DNA of 40,000 nt, taken from NCBI RefSeq assembly GCF_037179585.1, contig NZ_JAPYKO010000004.1, positions 213,758 to 253,757 of the forward strand. The letters run 5' to 3'. Below are positions 33,082 to 40,000 of the stretch, piece after piece (position 1 is the stretch's first letter; each line of letters opens with the position of its first letter). The stretch comes from Mesorhizobium argentiipisi. Its GTDB lineage: Bacteria > Pseudomonadota > Alphaproteobacteria > Rhizobiales > Rhizobiaceae. The notes beneath the pieces are model-generated. The model saw only the letters and a program-made list of their open reading frames with translations. It was not told the DNA's origin and ran no database searches. A program made the translations under genes and the position numbers.

Positions 33082-33711
33082 ATGACGAAGCCCGACGTCG
33101 ACTGGTTTCGCCGCAAGCTTGAAGAGCACCGGCTTTCGCAATCCGGCCTTGGCCGTATGCTTGGTATCGATAAATCGAGCATGAGCTTGCTTTTGGCCGG
33201 CAAGCGCAAACTCACTCTTACCGCCGCCGCCGATATGGCCCGCATCTTGGGCGTTACCGCGACCGAGGTCATGGAACGTTTCGGAGTTCGCGTTGACGGC
33301 ATCCGGGCCGGCGATGATGTCACGCCCCAAATGCTGCCCTTTGAGGGCTGGATTGATGAAAGCTCCCATGTGATCCCCGACTCGTCCGGGCGCCGCAAGC
33401 GCATGGTTGACGTGGGAACGAACGTTGAGCCCGGTTCCAGCGCTTTCCAGTGGCGGACGCCGCAAAGCAAAATGGACGTTCTGGACGGCTGGATAGTGGT
33501 GTCTGGCCCGAGGCGCGAGGCCGACGACAAGATGATCGGCCGGGGATGCGTGGTAGGCCTCAAGGGCGGCGACATCATGCTTCGGCTTGTCCGCCGGGGC
33601 TACTCGCCAGGTACGCACCTTCTCTTCGGCATCATGGGCACGCCGGACGTGACCGAAGGCGAGGTCGAGTGGTACGCGCCCATTGTGATGATGAAGCCCG
33701 CGACGGCCTGA
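33082..33711 (+). CDS. cI-like repressor (XRE HTH + LexA/S24-like C-terminal domain, catalytic residues unclear)
   Basis: ATG 33082 follows GAGGGGAG. The HTH is LSQSGLGRMLGIDKSSMSLLLAGKRKLTLTAAADMARILG. The C-terminal beta-rich domain follows the S24 layout, but GxSM is absent and the Lys position reads R. Confidence 0.65.
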   Translation: MTKPDVDWFRRKLEEHRLSQSGLGRMLGIDKSSMSLLLAGKRKLTLTAAADMARILGVTATEVMERFGVRVDGIRAGDDVTPQMLPFEGWIDESSHVIPDSSGRRKRMVDVGTNVEPGSSAFQWRTPQSKMDVLDGWIVVSGPRREADDKMIGRGCVVGLKGGDIMLRLVRRGYSPGTHLLFGIMGTPDVTEGEVEWYAPIVMMKPATA

Positions 33712-33768
33712 TACAGCGCACGTCCGGTTGATAATCTCAAATTCTATCAATCTGTCGCACTTTCCCGA

Positions 33769-33831
33769 TTGACGGCCTCGATAGCGTGTTTGCATATTAC
33801 AAACAGTTGGCAAAACGCAAACGAAGGATTC
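33769..33831 (+). promoter_or_regulatory. candidate early-left-type promoter (TTGACG at 33769..33774) with two tandem operator motifs
   Basis: TTGACG-N17-GCATAT. The motifs are GTTTGCATATTACAAAC (33788..33804) and GTTGGCAAAACGCAAAC (33806..33822). GATTC lies at 33827..33831 and ATG at 33839. Confidence 0.5.
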
Positions 33832-33838
33832 GGGGTAC

Positions 33839-34321
33839 ATGTTGGTTTCTACAGGCGGGGTTTATCGCTCCCAAGGCGGCAAAAAGGTCGGGCCGTTGCG
33901 CCCTTATCGGGAAGGTGAAGACGGGCCGGCGCGCGATATCCTGGGCCGCCTGGCATGGTTTGTAGCCGAGGGTATCGGCGCCTTCGATAAATTCGGCCAG
34001 TGGCTAAGCGGCGGTCTTGAAGACGCGAACCACCTTGTCGCGGAATGGGAAGGCCCCGCCGCCATCGACGGCCATATCGAGCGCGGCGCCGCCGACTACG
34101 ACCTCACCATCGGAACCCTGATCCCGCTCGGAACATTGCTGGCCGAGGTCCGTGTCGCCGGCACGGAAGTGCGGGTCGACGAGGCATGGATTGAAGTTCC
34201 GGGCCTCATGCTTACCCTCACCGGCCAACAAATCGGAACACTCGGAGTATACCACGCCGGCCGCTGGCGCACTTATCGCGCCATCATCGAAGCGGCGGCG
34301 CTCGCCGAGGTGCGCGCATGA
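33839..34321 (+). CDS. hypothetical protein, first gene downstream of cI; N-terminal domain paralogous to 18933..19316
   Basis: RBS GAAGGA. 160 aa. Its stop overlaps the exonuclease start (ATGA). Confidence 0.55.
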   Translation: MLVSTGGVYRSQGGKKVGPLRPYREGEDGPARDILGRLAWFVAEGIGAFDKFGQWLSGGLEDANHLVAEWEGPAAIDGHIERGAADYDLTIGTLIPLGTLLAEVRVAGTEVRVDEAWIEVPGLMLTLTGQQIGTLGVYHAGRWRTYRAIIEAAALAEVRA

Positions 34322-35301
34322 GCAAGGCGCCATATTCCGCCGAGGCCGAATGGTGTTGGCCGCGCAAAGAAAGCACCTGGCACAAACTCCGCAAGCCGGA
34401 CATCACCGCGACTAGCGCGGCGGCGCTCTTCGGGTGCTCACCCTACATGACGCCGTTTGACATGTTCCACCGGATGGCGGGGAACATCACGGTCGAGTTC
34501 GAAGAAACCGAGCGTATGCTTTGGGGTAAGCGTTTGCAAAATGCAATCGCCCTCGGCGTGTGCGCCGACAACGGATGGGAAATCGTAGACGCTCACCCCT
34601 TCCTCTACGCCAGGTCCAAGACCGTGGCCGGCATGGGGGCTTCGCCCGACTACATCATCACGGATCCCGCGAGGCCCGAACTTGGGTACGGCGTGCTTGA
34701 GATCAAGAACGTCGACCTGTTCGTGGCCGGCAAAGACTGGTCAGAAGACGAAGCCCCGCCGCACATCGAGTTTCAAGTGCAGCATCAGCTTGCCGTCACC
34801 GGCTTTATGTGGGGCGTTGTGGCCGGCCTTATCGGCGGCAACACTGTCAAGGCGTTCCGACGCGAGCGTGACGCCGAGGTGATCGCGGAAATCATCAGCC
34901 GCGTTGAAGACATGCACGGCCGAGTGAAGCGCGGCGAAGCCCCCGCGGCTGACTACCTCGCCGATTATGAAACCATCCGCACGCTTTACCGGCATGCCAC
35001 GGTGGCGAAGTCCTTCAACCTCGACCTGCCTGGCGAAGAGCCCGAGCTTGACCCGGCGAAGCTGCAGGAACTTTTCGCCGCGAAGTACGCCGCCGACATC
35101 GCGTTCAAAAACGCCAAGGAAGACAAGGAACGCACCTCGGCGGAATTGCTCGATTTCATCAAAGACACGGAAACCGTGTTCGGCGGCGGCTGGAAGCTTT
35201 CCGCCAGCACCGTGCACCGCGAAGCGTCGACCGTCACCTACCCCGCAACCTCTTATCGCAACCTTCGGCTTTCGAAGCCGAAGCCAAAGAAAGGCAATTG
35301 A
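34318..35301 (+). CDS. YqaJ-type viral recombinase exonuclease (lambda Exo-like PD-(D/E)xK)
   Basis: ITATSAAALFGCSPYMTPFDMFHRM, SPDYII and LEIKNV are typical YqaJ motifs. It is followed by RecT. Confidence 0.85.
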   Translation: MSKAPYSAEAEWCWPRKESTWHKLRKPDITATSAAALFGCSPYMTPFDMFHRMAGNITVEFEETERMLWGKRLQNAIALGVCADNGWEIVDAHPFLYARSKTVAGMGASPDYIITDPARPELGYGVLEIKNVDLFVAGKDWSEDEAPPHIEFQVQHQLAVTGFMWGVVAGLIGGNTVKAFRRERDAEVIAEIISRVEDMHGRVKRGEAPAADYLADYETIRTLYRHATVAKSFNLDLPGEEPELDPAKLQELFAAKYAADIAFKNAKEDKERTSAELLDFIKDTETVFGGGWKLSASTVHREASTVTYPATSYRNLRLSKPKPKKGN

Positions 35302-35303
35302 CT

Positions 35304-36266
35304 ATGACGAATTCAACCGCCGTTGCCGTGGCTTCGCCCCAGGCGCACCGCACCGTTTCCGTGTTCTCCAGTGAAGCCGATTTCACCGCCGGCCAGCGGC
35401 TTTGTAAGGCGCTGACAAGCTCCAACCTTGTGCCCGCGAACTATCAGGGTGAGGGCAACATGGGTAACGCCCTGATCGCCCTCGACATGGCGAACCGGAT
35501 GGGGATTCCGCCCATCATGGTTATGCAGAACCTCAACGTGATCGAGGGCCGGCCTTCGTGGGCCTCGCAATTCGTTATCGGTGCCCTCAACTCTTGCGGC
35601 CTGTTTTCGCCGATCCGCTTCCGCAAAGTGAAGCTCGGCGAGCAAGAGGTAACTTATGAGCGATGGGCCGGTCCGAAGGGCAATCGCACGAAAGAGAAGG
35701 TCAAGGCCAAGGTCATCAATATCGAGTGCACCGCTTACGCGGTCGAGAAGGCCACCGGCGAAACGCTTGAAGGGCCGACCGTGTCCATCGCCATGGCGGT
35801 AGCCGAAGGCTGGTATTTCCGCCCCGGTTCGAAGTGGGTGACGATGCCCGACCTTATGCTGATGTACCGCGCCGCCGCGTTCTTCGGCCGTCTCTACGCC
35901 CCGCACATTCTCAACGGCATGCCGAGCGCCGACGAGGTCGCGGACCTCATGGAAATGCGGGACATCACCCCGGCAGCGGCCGAGACGCCGGCAGTAGCGG
36001 CCGAGACGGTGGCGCCGAAGGCGAAGCCCGCCGGCCGGCCTCGGGGAGTGCATGCCGCGATGTCAGCGGCGAAGGAAGCCGAGAAGCCGAAGGACAAGGC
36101 CCCGGTTGCCGGCCAGGTCATCGACGCCGAGGCGGAAGAGATCCCGCACGACGAGGAAACCGGCGAAATCCTCGATACCGACCCGGACGGTGACGCCGAG
36201 CGCGGCGCCGGTGCCGACGATGTCTTCGGCGTTGACGAAGACGACGACGATTTCACCCCGGCTTGA
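35304..36266 (+). CDS. recT: RecT family single-strand annealing protein
   Basis: ATG 35304 follows AAAGG (the track start 35298 is a TTG). LVPANYQGEGNMGNALIALDMANRMGIPPIMVMQNLNVIEGRPSW is the RecT pattern. Acidic C-terminal tail. Confidence 0.85.
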   Translation: MTNSTAVAVASPQAHRTVSVFSSEADFTAGQRLCKALTSSNLVPANYQGEGNMGNALIALDMANRMGIPPIMVMQNLNVIEGRPSWASQFVIGALNSCGLFSPIRFRKVKLGEQEVTYERWAGPKGNRTKEKVKAKVINIECTAYAVEKATGETLEGPTVSIAMAVAEGWYFRPGSKWVTMPDLMLMYRAAAFFGRLYAPHILNGMPSADEVADLMEMRDITPAAAETPAVAAETVAPKAKPAGRPRGVHAAMSAAKEAEKPKDKAPVAGQVIDAEAEEIPHDEETGEILDTDPDGDAERGAGADDVFGVDEDDDDFTPA

Positions 36267-36277
36267 GGTGAACCGCA

Positions 36278-36643
36278 ATGACCGGGATTGAATTTGCTCG
36301 CGACCTCCAAATCGCAGCGACCGGCGCCCGCCGGGCGCTGGCGGTGGCGGAAAAGGCGGTTGCGGATTTGACCGCGAAGGCCGAGGCGTTCGCGCTTTCG
36401 CTCGGTCAGCCCGGCGACGCCGCCCTGGCCGCTGTAGCCGCTAACGGCGACGCGCTTCTCACTGGCGATGACGTCGCCAGCATCTTGCGGGTGAGCAAAG
36501 CCACGCTCGCCCGCTGGCGGGTGCTCGGCACCGGCCCCGGCTATGTCAAGAAACAGGGCCGTATCCTTTACCGGGCCGAGACGGTGGAAAAGTTCGTGAC
36601 CTCCAAAGAGCGCACCAAGACGCGCGAAGAGGCCAAGTCATGA
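36278..36643 (+). CDS. excisionase-type (HTH_17/AlpA-like) DNA-binding protein
   Basis: RBS GAGGTGA. The C-terminus is LLTGDDVASILRVSKATLARWRVLGTGPGYVKKQGRILYRAETVEKFV. Confidence 0.6.
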   Translation: MTGIEFARDLQIAATGARRALAVAEKAVADLTAKAEAFALSLGQPGDAALAAVAANGDALLTGDDVASILRVSKATLARWRVLGTGPGYVKKQGRILYRAETVEKFVTSKERTKTREEAKS

Positions 36644-36840
36644 GCGTGGGCGCCGAGGTCTATACGCGCACCGTCAAGGTGCTTGACGCCTACGAACGGG
36701 CCGCCCTGGTCCGTGACAACGATACGGGCCGCGAGGGCTGGATTTCCCTAGCTCACGCGGACCTGTCACCCGCCGGCCCGCTCCACGTCTTGACGGTCTC
36801 GGTCGAGGTGGCCCGCGAGGCGGGCTTACTTCCAAACTGA
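36640..36840 (+). CDS. hypothetical protein (66 aa)
   Basis: ATGA overlap with the upstream gene. Good coding bias. Confidence 0.45.
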   Translation: MSVGAEVYTRTVKVLDAYERAALVRDNDTGREGWISLAHADLSPAGPLHVLTVSVEVAREAGLLPN

Positions 36841-36852
36841 TGCGGGGAACCA

Positions 36853-37104
36853 ATGAACGCGGCCGAAGACCTTTCGTTGATCGATGAATTTGACCTTAGC
36901 CAGCAATGCCGGGCGATGTCCGCTTTGCAGGCCGAGCGCCAGCGCATCGCCATGCCGGTGGCGGTGATGGAGTTGAAATCGGGCGTTTGCATGAATTCCT
37001 TTTACGCCTGGCATGGTGGCTTGAGGGAACCGACCCTTGGTTGCCTGGTCGCCGTGGCTCAAACGCTCGGCTTCGACATCATCATGAGGCGCCGGAAAAA
37101 GTGA
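36853..37104 (+). CDS. small XRE-like HTH protein
   Basis: RBS GGGGAA. LKSGVCMNSFYAWHGGLREPTLGCLVAVAQTLGFDI is HTH-like. Confidence 0.5.
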   Translation: MNAAEDLSLIDEFDLSQQCRAMSALQAERQRIAMPVAVMELKSGVCMNSFYAWHGGLREPTLGCLVAVAQTLGFDIIMRRRKK

Positions 37105-37343
37105 CAACCCTTTCAGAATTGCACGCCGCCGCCGAGCGTAAGGCGGCGGCGGCCGAGGCCATCGTTGCCAAAGAACATGCCGCGCTAGAGGCCGACTTAG
37201 CCTTCGCCCGCGAGCACAAGCAAGCGATGGGCGCCGGCTACTGGCAACCCCTTCACCGGGCGAAGCTTCAGGCGAAAACGGCCCGAGCCCTCGCCGATTC
37301 CTACGCCGAACTTTTGGGAGAATTGCAGAATGAAAACTCTTGA
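37101..37343 (+). CDS. hypothetical helical protein (80 aa)
   Basis: GTG 37101 overlaps the upstream stop (GTGA). It lies in the frame of track ORF 36906..37343. Ala/Glu/Lys-rich. Confidence 0.4.
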   Translation: MTTLSELHAAAERKAAAAEAIVAKEHAALEADLAFAREHKQAMGAGYWQPLHRAKLQAKTARALADSYAELLGELQNENS

Positions 37344-37470
37344 TCGCATCGTCCACGGCATGGCCTACGCCTACGGCGCCGTGCTCGGCGTGGGCTTGGC
37401 CTGCACAAGCGGCTCGCTTTTGCCGATCGGCTTGCAAGCGGCCTGCCGATTGCTGGCGCCGCTGTTTTGA
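37330..37470 (+). CDS. 46-aa hydrophobic peptide (too short for the ORF track)
   Basis: ATG 37330 follows GGGAGAA. My translation is MKTLDRIVHGMAYAYGAVLGVGLACTSGSLLPIGLQAACRLLAPLF, with TGA at 37468..37470. Confidence 0.35.
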   Translation: MKTLDRIVHGMAYAYGAVLGVGLACTSGSLLPIGLQAACRLLAPLF

Positions 37471-37555
37471 CAGCCCCGAGACCATGGCGGCGGCGCTCGC
37501 GGGCGCCGCTGTGAGGCGTGACGAATGGGGCAAGCGTCGCGCCGTAAAGCTCCTT

Positions 37556-37987
37556 CTATTCTGAGACTAGGGAAGCGGGCGGGCGGGTTGAGGTTATCGG
37601 ATCGGCATGACGAAGGATGATCCTCCACGCGCCTTCTTCACGTCGGAAAATGGTAGTGACCCGAAGCGCTAGGGGCACCAATTTGTTGCTCCCGCCGACT
37701 TTGGATCGGTATCGCTCGATCTCGATTATGTAGCCTAAATCCGCCGTCGCATACTCGGAGATACGCTCAAAGCCAGTTGCTTGGCCGTCCCGGTAATGGG
37801 TGGCGGCCCCATCCATGGTGGCGGCGGCATTTTCCCAGCCCTTCGCCGGGGGCCCGAACGGATTGGCGATAATAACGTCATCCTGTCGCGAGTAGAGATG
37901 TTTCAGTGGTTCAGAATCGCCCTTCGCGAAGGCGTCCAAAGCCAGATGATTTTGCTCGATAAATTGAGTCAGGTCAGAGGTTAACAT
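37556..37987 (-). CDS. SnoaL-like / DUF4440 (NTF2-fold) protein
   Basis: LALDAFAKGDSEPLKHLYSRQDDVIIANPFG...LRVTTIFRREEGAWRIILRHADP is an NTF2-like pattern. The start is ambiguous (ATG 37987 or GTG 37999). Confidence 0.55.
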   Translation of the reverse strand: MLTSDLTQFIEQNHLALDAFAKGDSEPLKHLYSRQDDVIIANPFGPPAKGWENAAATMDGAATHYRDGQATGFERISEYATADLGYIIEIERYRSKVGGSNKLVPLALRVTTIFRREEGAWRIILRHADPITSTRPPASLVSE

Positions 37988-38093
37988 CTTAGCGCCCACG
38001 GGTGATCAGTGAGAGAACTTTATCCGAAAAGTCTGTCCGCTGCTCGCGCTATCTCACTTCCTGAAGTACATACACGAGCCTGGGGCCGCGGCT

Positions 38094-38639
38094 TCAGCCC
38101 TTTTCGCGGTAGCCGGCAGTAACCTCGTCTTTGTGCGCGGCGAAGGCTGCCAATACCTCGTCCTTCTCGGGCTTCGGAACCTTGAAGTGGTCCAGGGTGC
38201 GCCCGAGCTCGGCTGCGACCTCATCAAATTCCGCAGGAGAGATTTTGAGGCGGCGGTGGGCTTCCTCAAGGCCGAGCGGAGTCGAACCCGGCTTGGTGGC
38301 CACAAACTTAAAGGGGCCGCCCGAAACATCGCAGACCCAAAGCGTGCGCATAAACTTGAGGCCGGGCAGCCGTTCGAGGTTCTTGGTGTGCCATTCCCGT
38401 AGCTGCGGGTTCTTGGATTTTTGGCCGACAATTGGGTTCTTCACGACGGCGTCGCTGAAGTAATCTACCACGGCCGCGATGGCAAACACGCCACCCAGCC
38501 GCTCATACAGACTTTTCTCCGTGGTCTGCTTGGTCTGAGCGAGCGCTTCAGCGGGCAATATAGCCGTCGACGCGGCTGCTGCCGCCAGCACAGCGACGAC
38601 GCCCCGTCTTGTGAGAGGAATCGAAACAGTCGTTTTCAT
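38094..38639 (-). CDS. group 1 truncated haemoglobin with a Tat/Sec-type signal
   Basis: RBS GGAGGAG and ATG 38639. The signal is MKTTVSIPLTRRGVVAVLAAAAAS...ALA. SLYERLGGVFAIAAVVDYF...ISPAEFDEVAAEL follows the trHbN pattern. Confidence 0.75.
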   Translation of the reverse strand: MKTTVSIPLTRRGVVAVLAAAAASTAILPAEALAQTKQTTEKSLYERLGGVFAIAAVVDYFSDAVVKNPIVGQKSKNPQLREWHTKNLERLPGLKFMRTLWVCDVSGGPFKFVATKPGSTPLGLEEAHRRLKISPAEFDEVAAELGRTLDHFKVPKPEKDEVLAAFAAHKDEVTAGYREKG

Positions 38640-38963
38640 CTCTGGTCTCCTCCAAGCCAACCAGAGCAAGCCGCAGCATGTCTGGCGGCAAATATCCTAG
38701 TGCGTGCTGCACATGTAGGAGAGTCTGGTGCGGCCTTTGGCTTCGTCAAGCTGCTGCTAATGGAACATCATGACATGGGAGAAATTGATTAAATCAGCCG
38801 GCGCGGGCAAAGCTATCGCTCTAGGGCGCCGTTGAGGTGTCCAGCCGAAAGCCTTTTGAGATGTTGAAAAAGGCGAACAAATGAGGGCCGGAAATAGTTG
38901 GCAGGCTGTTGGCAGGCGTTTTTTCGCTCTAGCCGCTGAAACCCGCAAAGCCTTGAGAAATAT

Positions 38964-39039
38964 TGGTGCCGCTTGCGTGACTCGAACACGCGACCCCATC
39001 ATTACGAATGATGTGCTCTACCAACTGAGCTAAAGCGGC
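38964..39039 (-). tRNA. tRNA-Thr (anticodon CGT)
   Basis: Hand-folded 76-nt cloverleaf GCCGCTTTAGCTCAGTTGGTAGAGCACATCATTCGTAATGATGGGGTCGCGTGTTCGAGTCACGCAAGCGGCACCA. All four stems pair. Confidence 0.9.
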
Positions 39040-39375
39040 CCGGGAAGCGCTGAGCTTCCAGAATGGGCTGGGTGATAGACTCAACCGCTCGCTAATTCAA
39101 GATGGGCAGCGCTGAATTCCGGTCTTGCCGGCGGCAATTCCGATCTACGGTTACCGCGCGATGGGCGCGGTCGCGGCCCGTGGCGACGTGCGGGCCGGCC
39201 GTCCTTTGTGCCCGGCTGGCCGGCGCGGTCGTGCCGGCGGTGACGAAAAATGTTGATTCTTCAACAAAAAATGCCGAAATGGCTTTGGCCGGCAAGGCAG
39301 CCGCTCGCCGTTGATTGATTGGTCGTCCGCGGGCAACGATCAGACAACCGGGAGCGAACGCGCAGAGGAGCTCGC

Positions 39376-40000
39376 TTGGACCCCATCGAGAAAGCGATCC
39401 GGAATGCCTTCGAGAAAGGCAATGCCGAGGACCGTGCGTTCCGAGAGAAGGTCTATCGATCGGCCTTTGCCGCGCTCGACCGCGTCCTGCAAGCCAATCC
39501 GAACGTCACGGTCGAGGCCGCCATCAGCCGCCGAAAGGCAGTCCAGGCCAAGATCACCGAGATCGAATCGGAGTTCCTGCCGGCCGTGCCAGAGGTGACG
39601 CTGCCGCCGGAAAACGTCGCGCCCGCCGGCCATGGCGCGCCGGATCCCCGCGTCGAAGCGCCAGCCGAATCGGCCGCGCCGGCGGTCGATGCGCCGCTAC
39701 CGCCGTCGCAATCAGCACCCTCCCCCTCGATCACCGTCGACGGCCCGGTACAGCCCGATGCTTCGGACCGGCCGCGCTCGCGCGTGCTGCCGCGCGTGCC
39801 CGACATAATGCCGGATGAGACAGCGCTTCCCGATGCGCCCTCGCTCGATGATTCGCCGGGCGCTCCCGTCGGCAACGGCGCCCAGGTCGCGCCTGACCGG
39901 GACGAGCGGCGGATCAGGGGCCGGCGCTTGCCGCTGACCGCGATCTTCGTCGTCGCGACATTGCTCGCGGCCGCCGGCATCGGCCTCTATTTCGCCAAGC
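39376..40000 (+). CDS. hypothetical membrane-anchored protein, 5-prime partial (runs off the right edge)
   Basis: TTG 39376 follows GAGGAG. My translation is LDPIEKAIRNAFEKGNAEDRAFREKVYRSAFAALDRVLQANPNV...RRLPLTAIFVVATLLAAAGIGLYFAK, open to the end of the window. High third-position GC. Absent from the track because there is no stop. Confidence 0.5.
   Translation, partial: MDPIEKAIRNAFEKGNAEDRAFREKVYRSAFAALDRVLQANPNVTVEAAISRRKAVQAKITEIESEFLPAVPEVTLPPENVAPAGHGAPDPRVEAPAESAAPAVDAPLPPSQSAPSPSITVDGPVQPDASDRPRSRVLPRVPDIMPDETALPDAPSLDDSPGAPVGNGAQVAPDRDERRIRGRRLPLTAIFVVATLLAAAGIGLYFAK

Larger units (their letters stand above)
1..37470. mobile_element. prophage or tandem prophage remnants; left end outside the window, right end approximate
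   Basis: Continuous phage modules: head/packaging 1..8527, accessory morons, replication/recombination/immunity 24405..37470. Host-like genes and tRNA-Thr lie beyond about 37.5 kb. No att repeat or integrase identified, so the boundaries are inferred. Confidence 0.65.

Noticed and set aside
37340-37564. 74-aa plus-strand ORF at the prophage end
   Set aside because: It has a Trp/Cys/Arg-rich improbable composition. The alternative 46-aa frame at 37330 has a good RBS and a hydrophobic helix.
38757-39002. 81-aa minus-strand ORF
   Set aside because: It overlaps the tRNA-Thr gene and otherwise spans non-coding DNA. There is no RBS.

Overview
High-GC (about 63%) alphaproteobacterial-type DNA. Nearly all of it (1 to about 37.5 kb) looks like one mosaic prophage or tandem prophage remnants. 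On the minus strand, 1..8527 holds a lambda-type packaging and head module: TerS, gpA-type TerL, gpW, lambda-family portal, S49 protease/scaffold, gpD-like decoration protein, E-family capsid and an FII-like protein. It runs into a P2/Mu-type baseplate gpV gene at the left edge. 8.6-24.3 kb is a patchwork accessory region. It holds DUF3489, DUF2127, PAP2, DUF6894, a frameshifted ATP-dependent DNA ligase, an orphan gpZ-like gene and an AT-rich repeat locus. It also holds two small plus-strand operons, a SieB-like moron, low-GC secreted Cys-rich proteins, HigBA plus a long RelA/SpoT-domain protein, a GT-A glycosyltransferase and an atypical initiator-like tRNA-Met. 24.4-37.5 kb is the early region: primase/helicase, VRR-NUC, SF2 helicase, GcrA-like protein, beta-class DNA methyltransferase, a cro/cI-like switch, YqaJ exonuclease, RecT and an Xis-like HTH. 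Host-like genes follow: SnoaL-like, truncated haemoglobin, tRNA-Thr and a membrane protein. I saw no integrase, lysis genes, CRISPR array, IS element or rRNA. The most notable signals are a phage-specific 17-bp promoter/operator family that often abuts GANTC, next to the GcrA-like/methylase pair, and the HigBA + toxSAS-like cassette. Others are an SOS-box gene paralogous to the first gene downstream of cI and a promoter-then-terminator unit after the replication operon. All protein family calls come from motif recognition by eye, not from searches.
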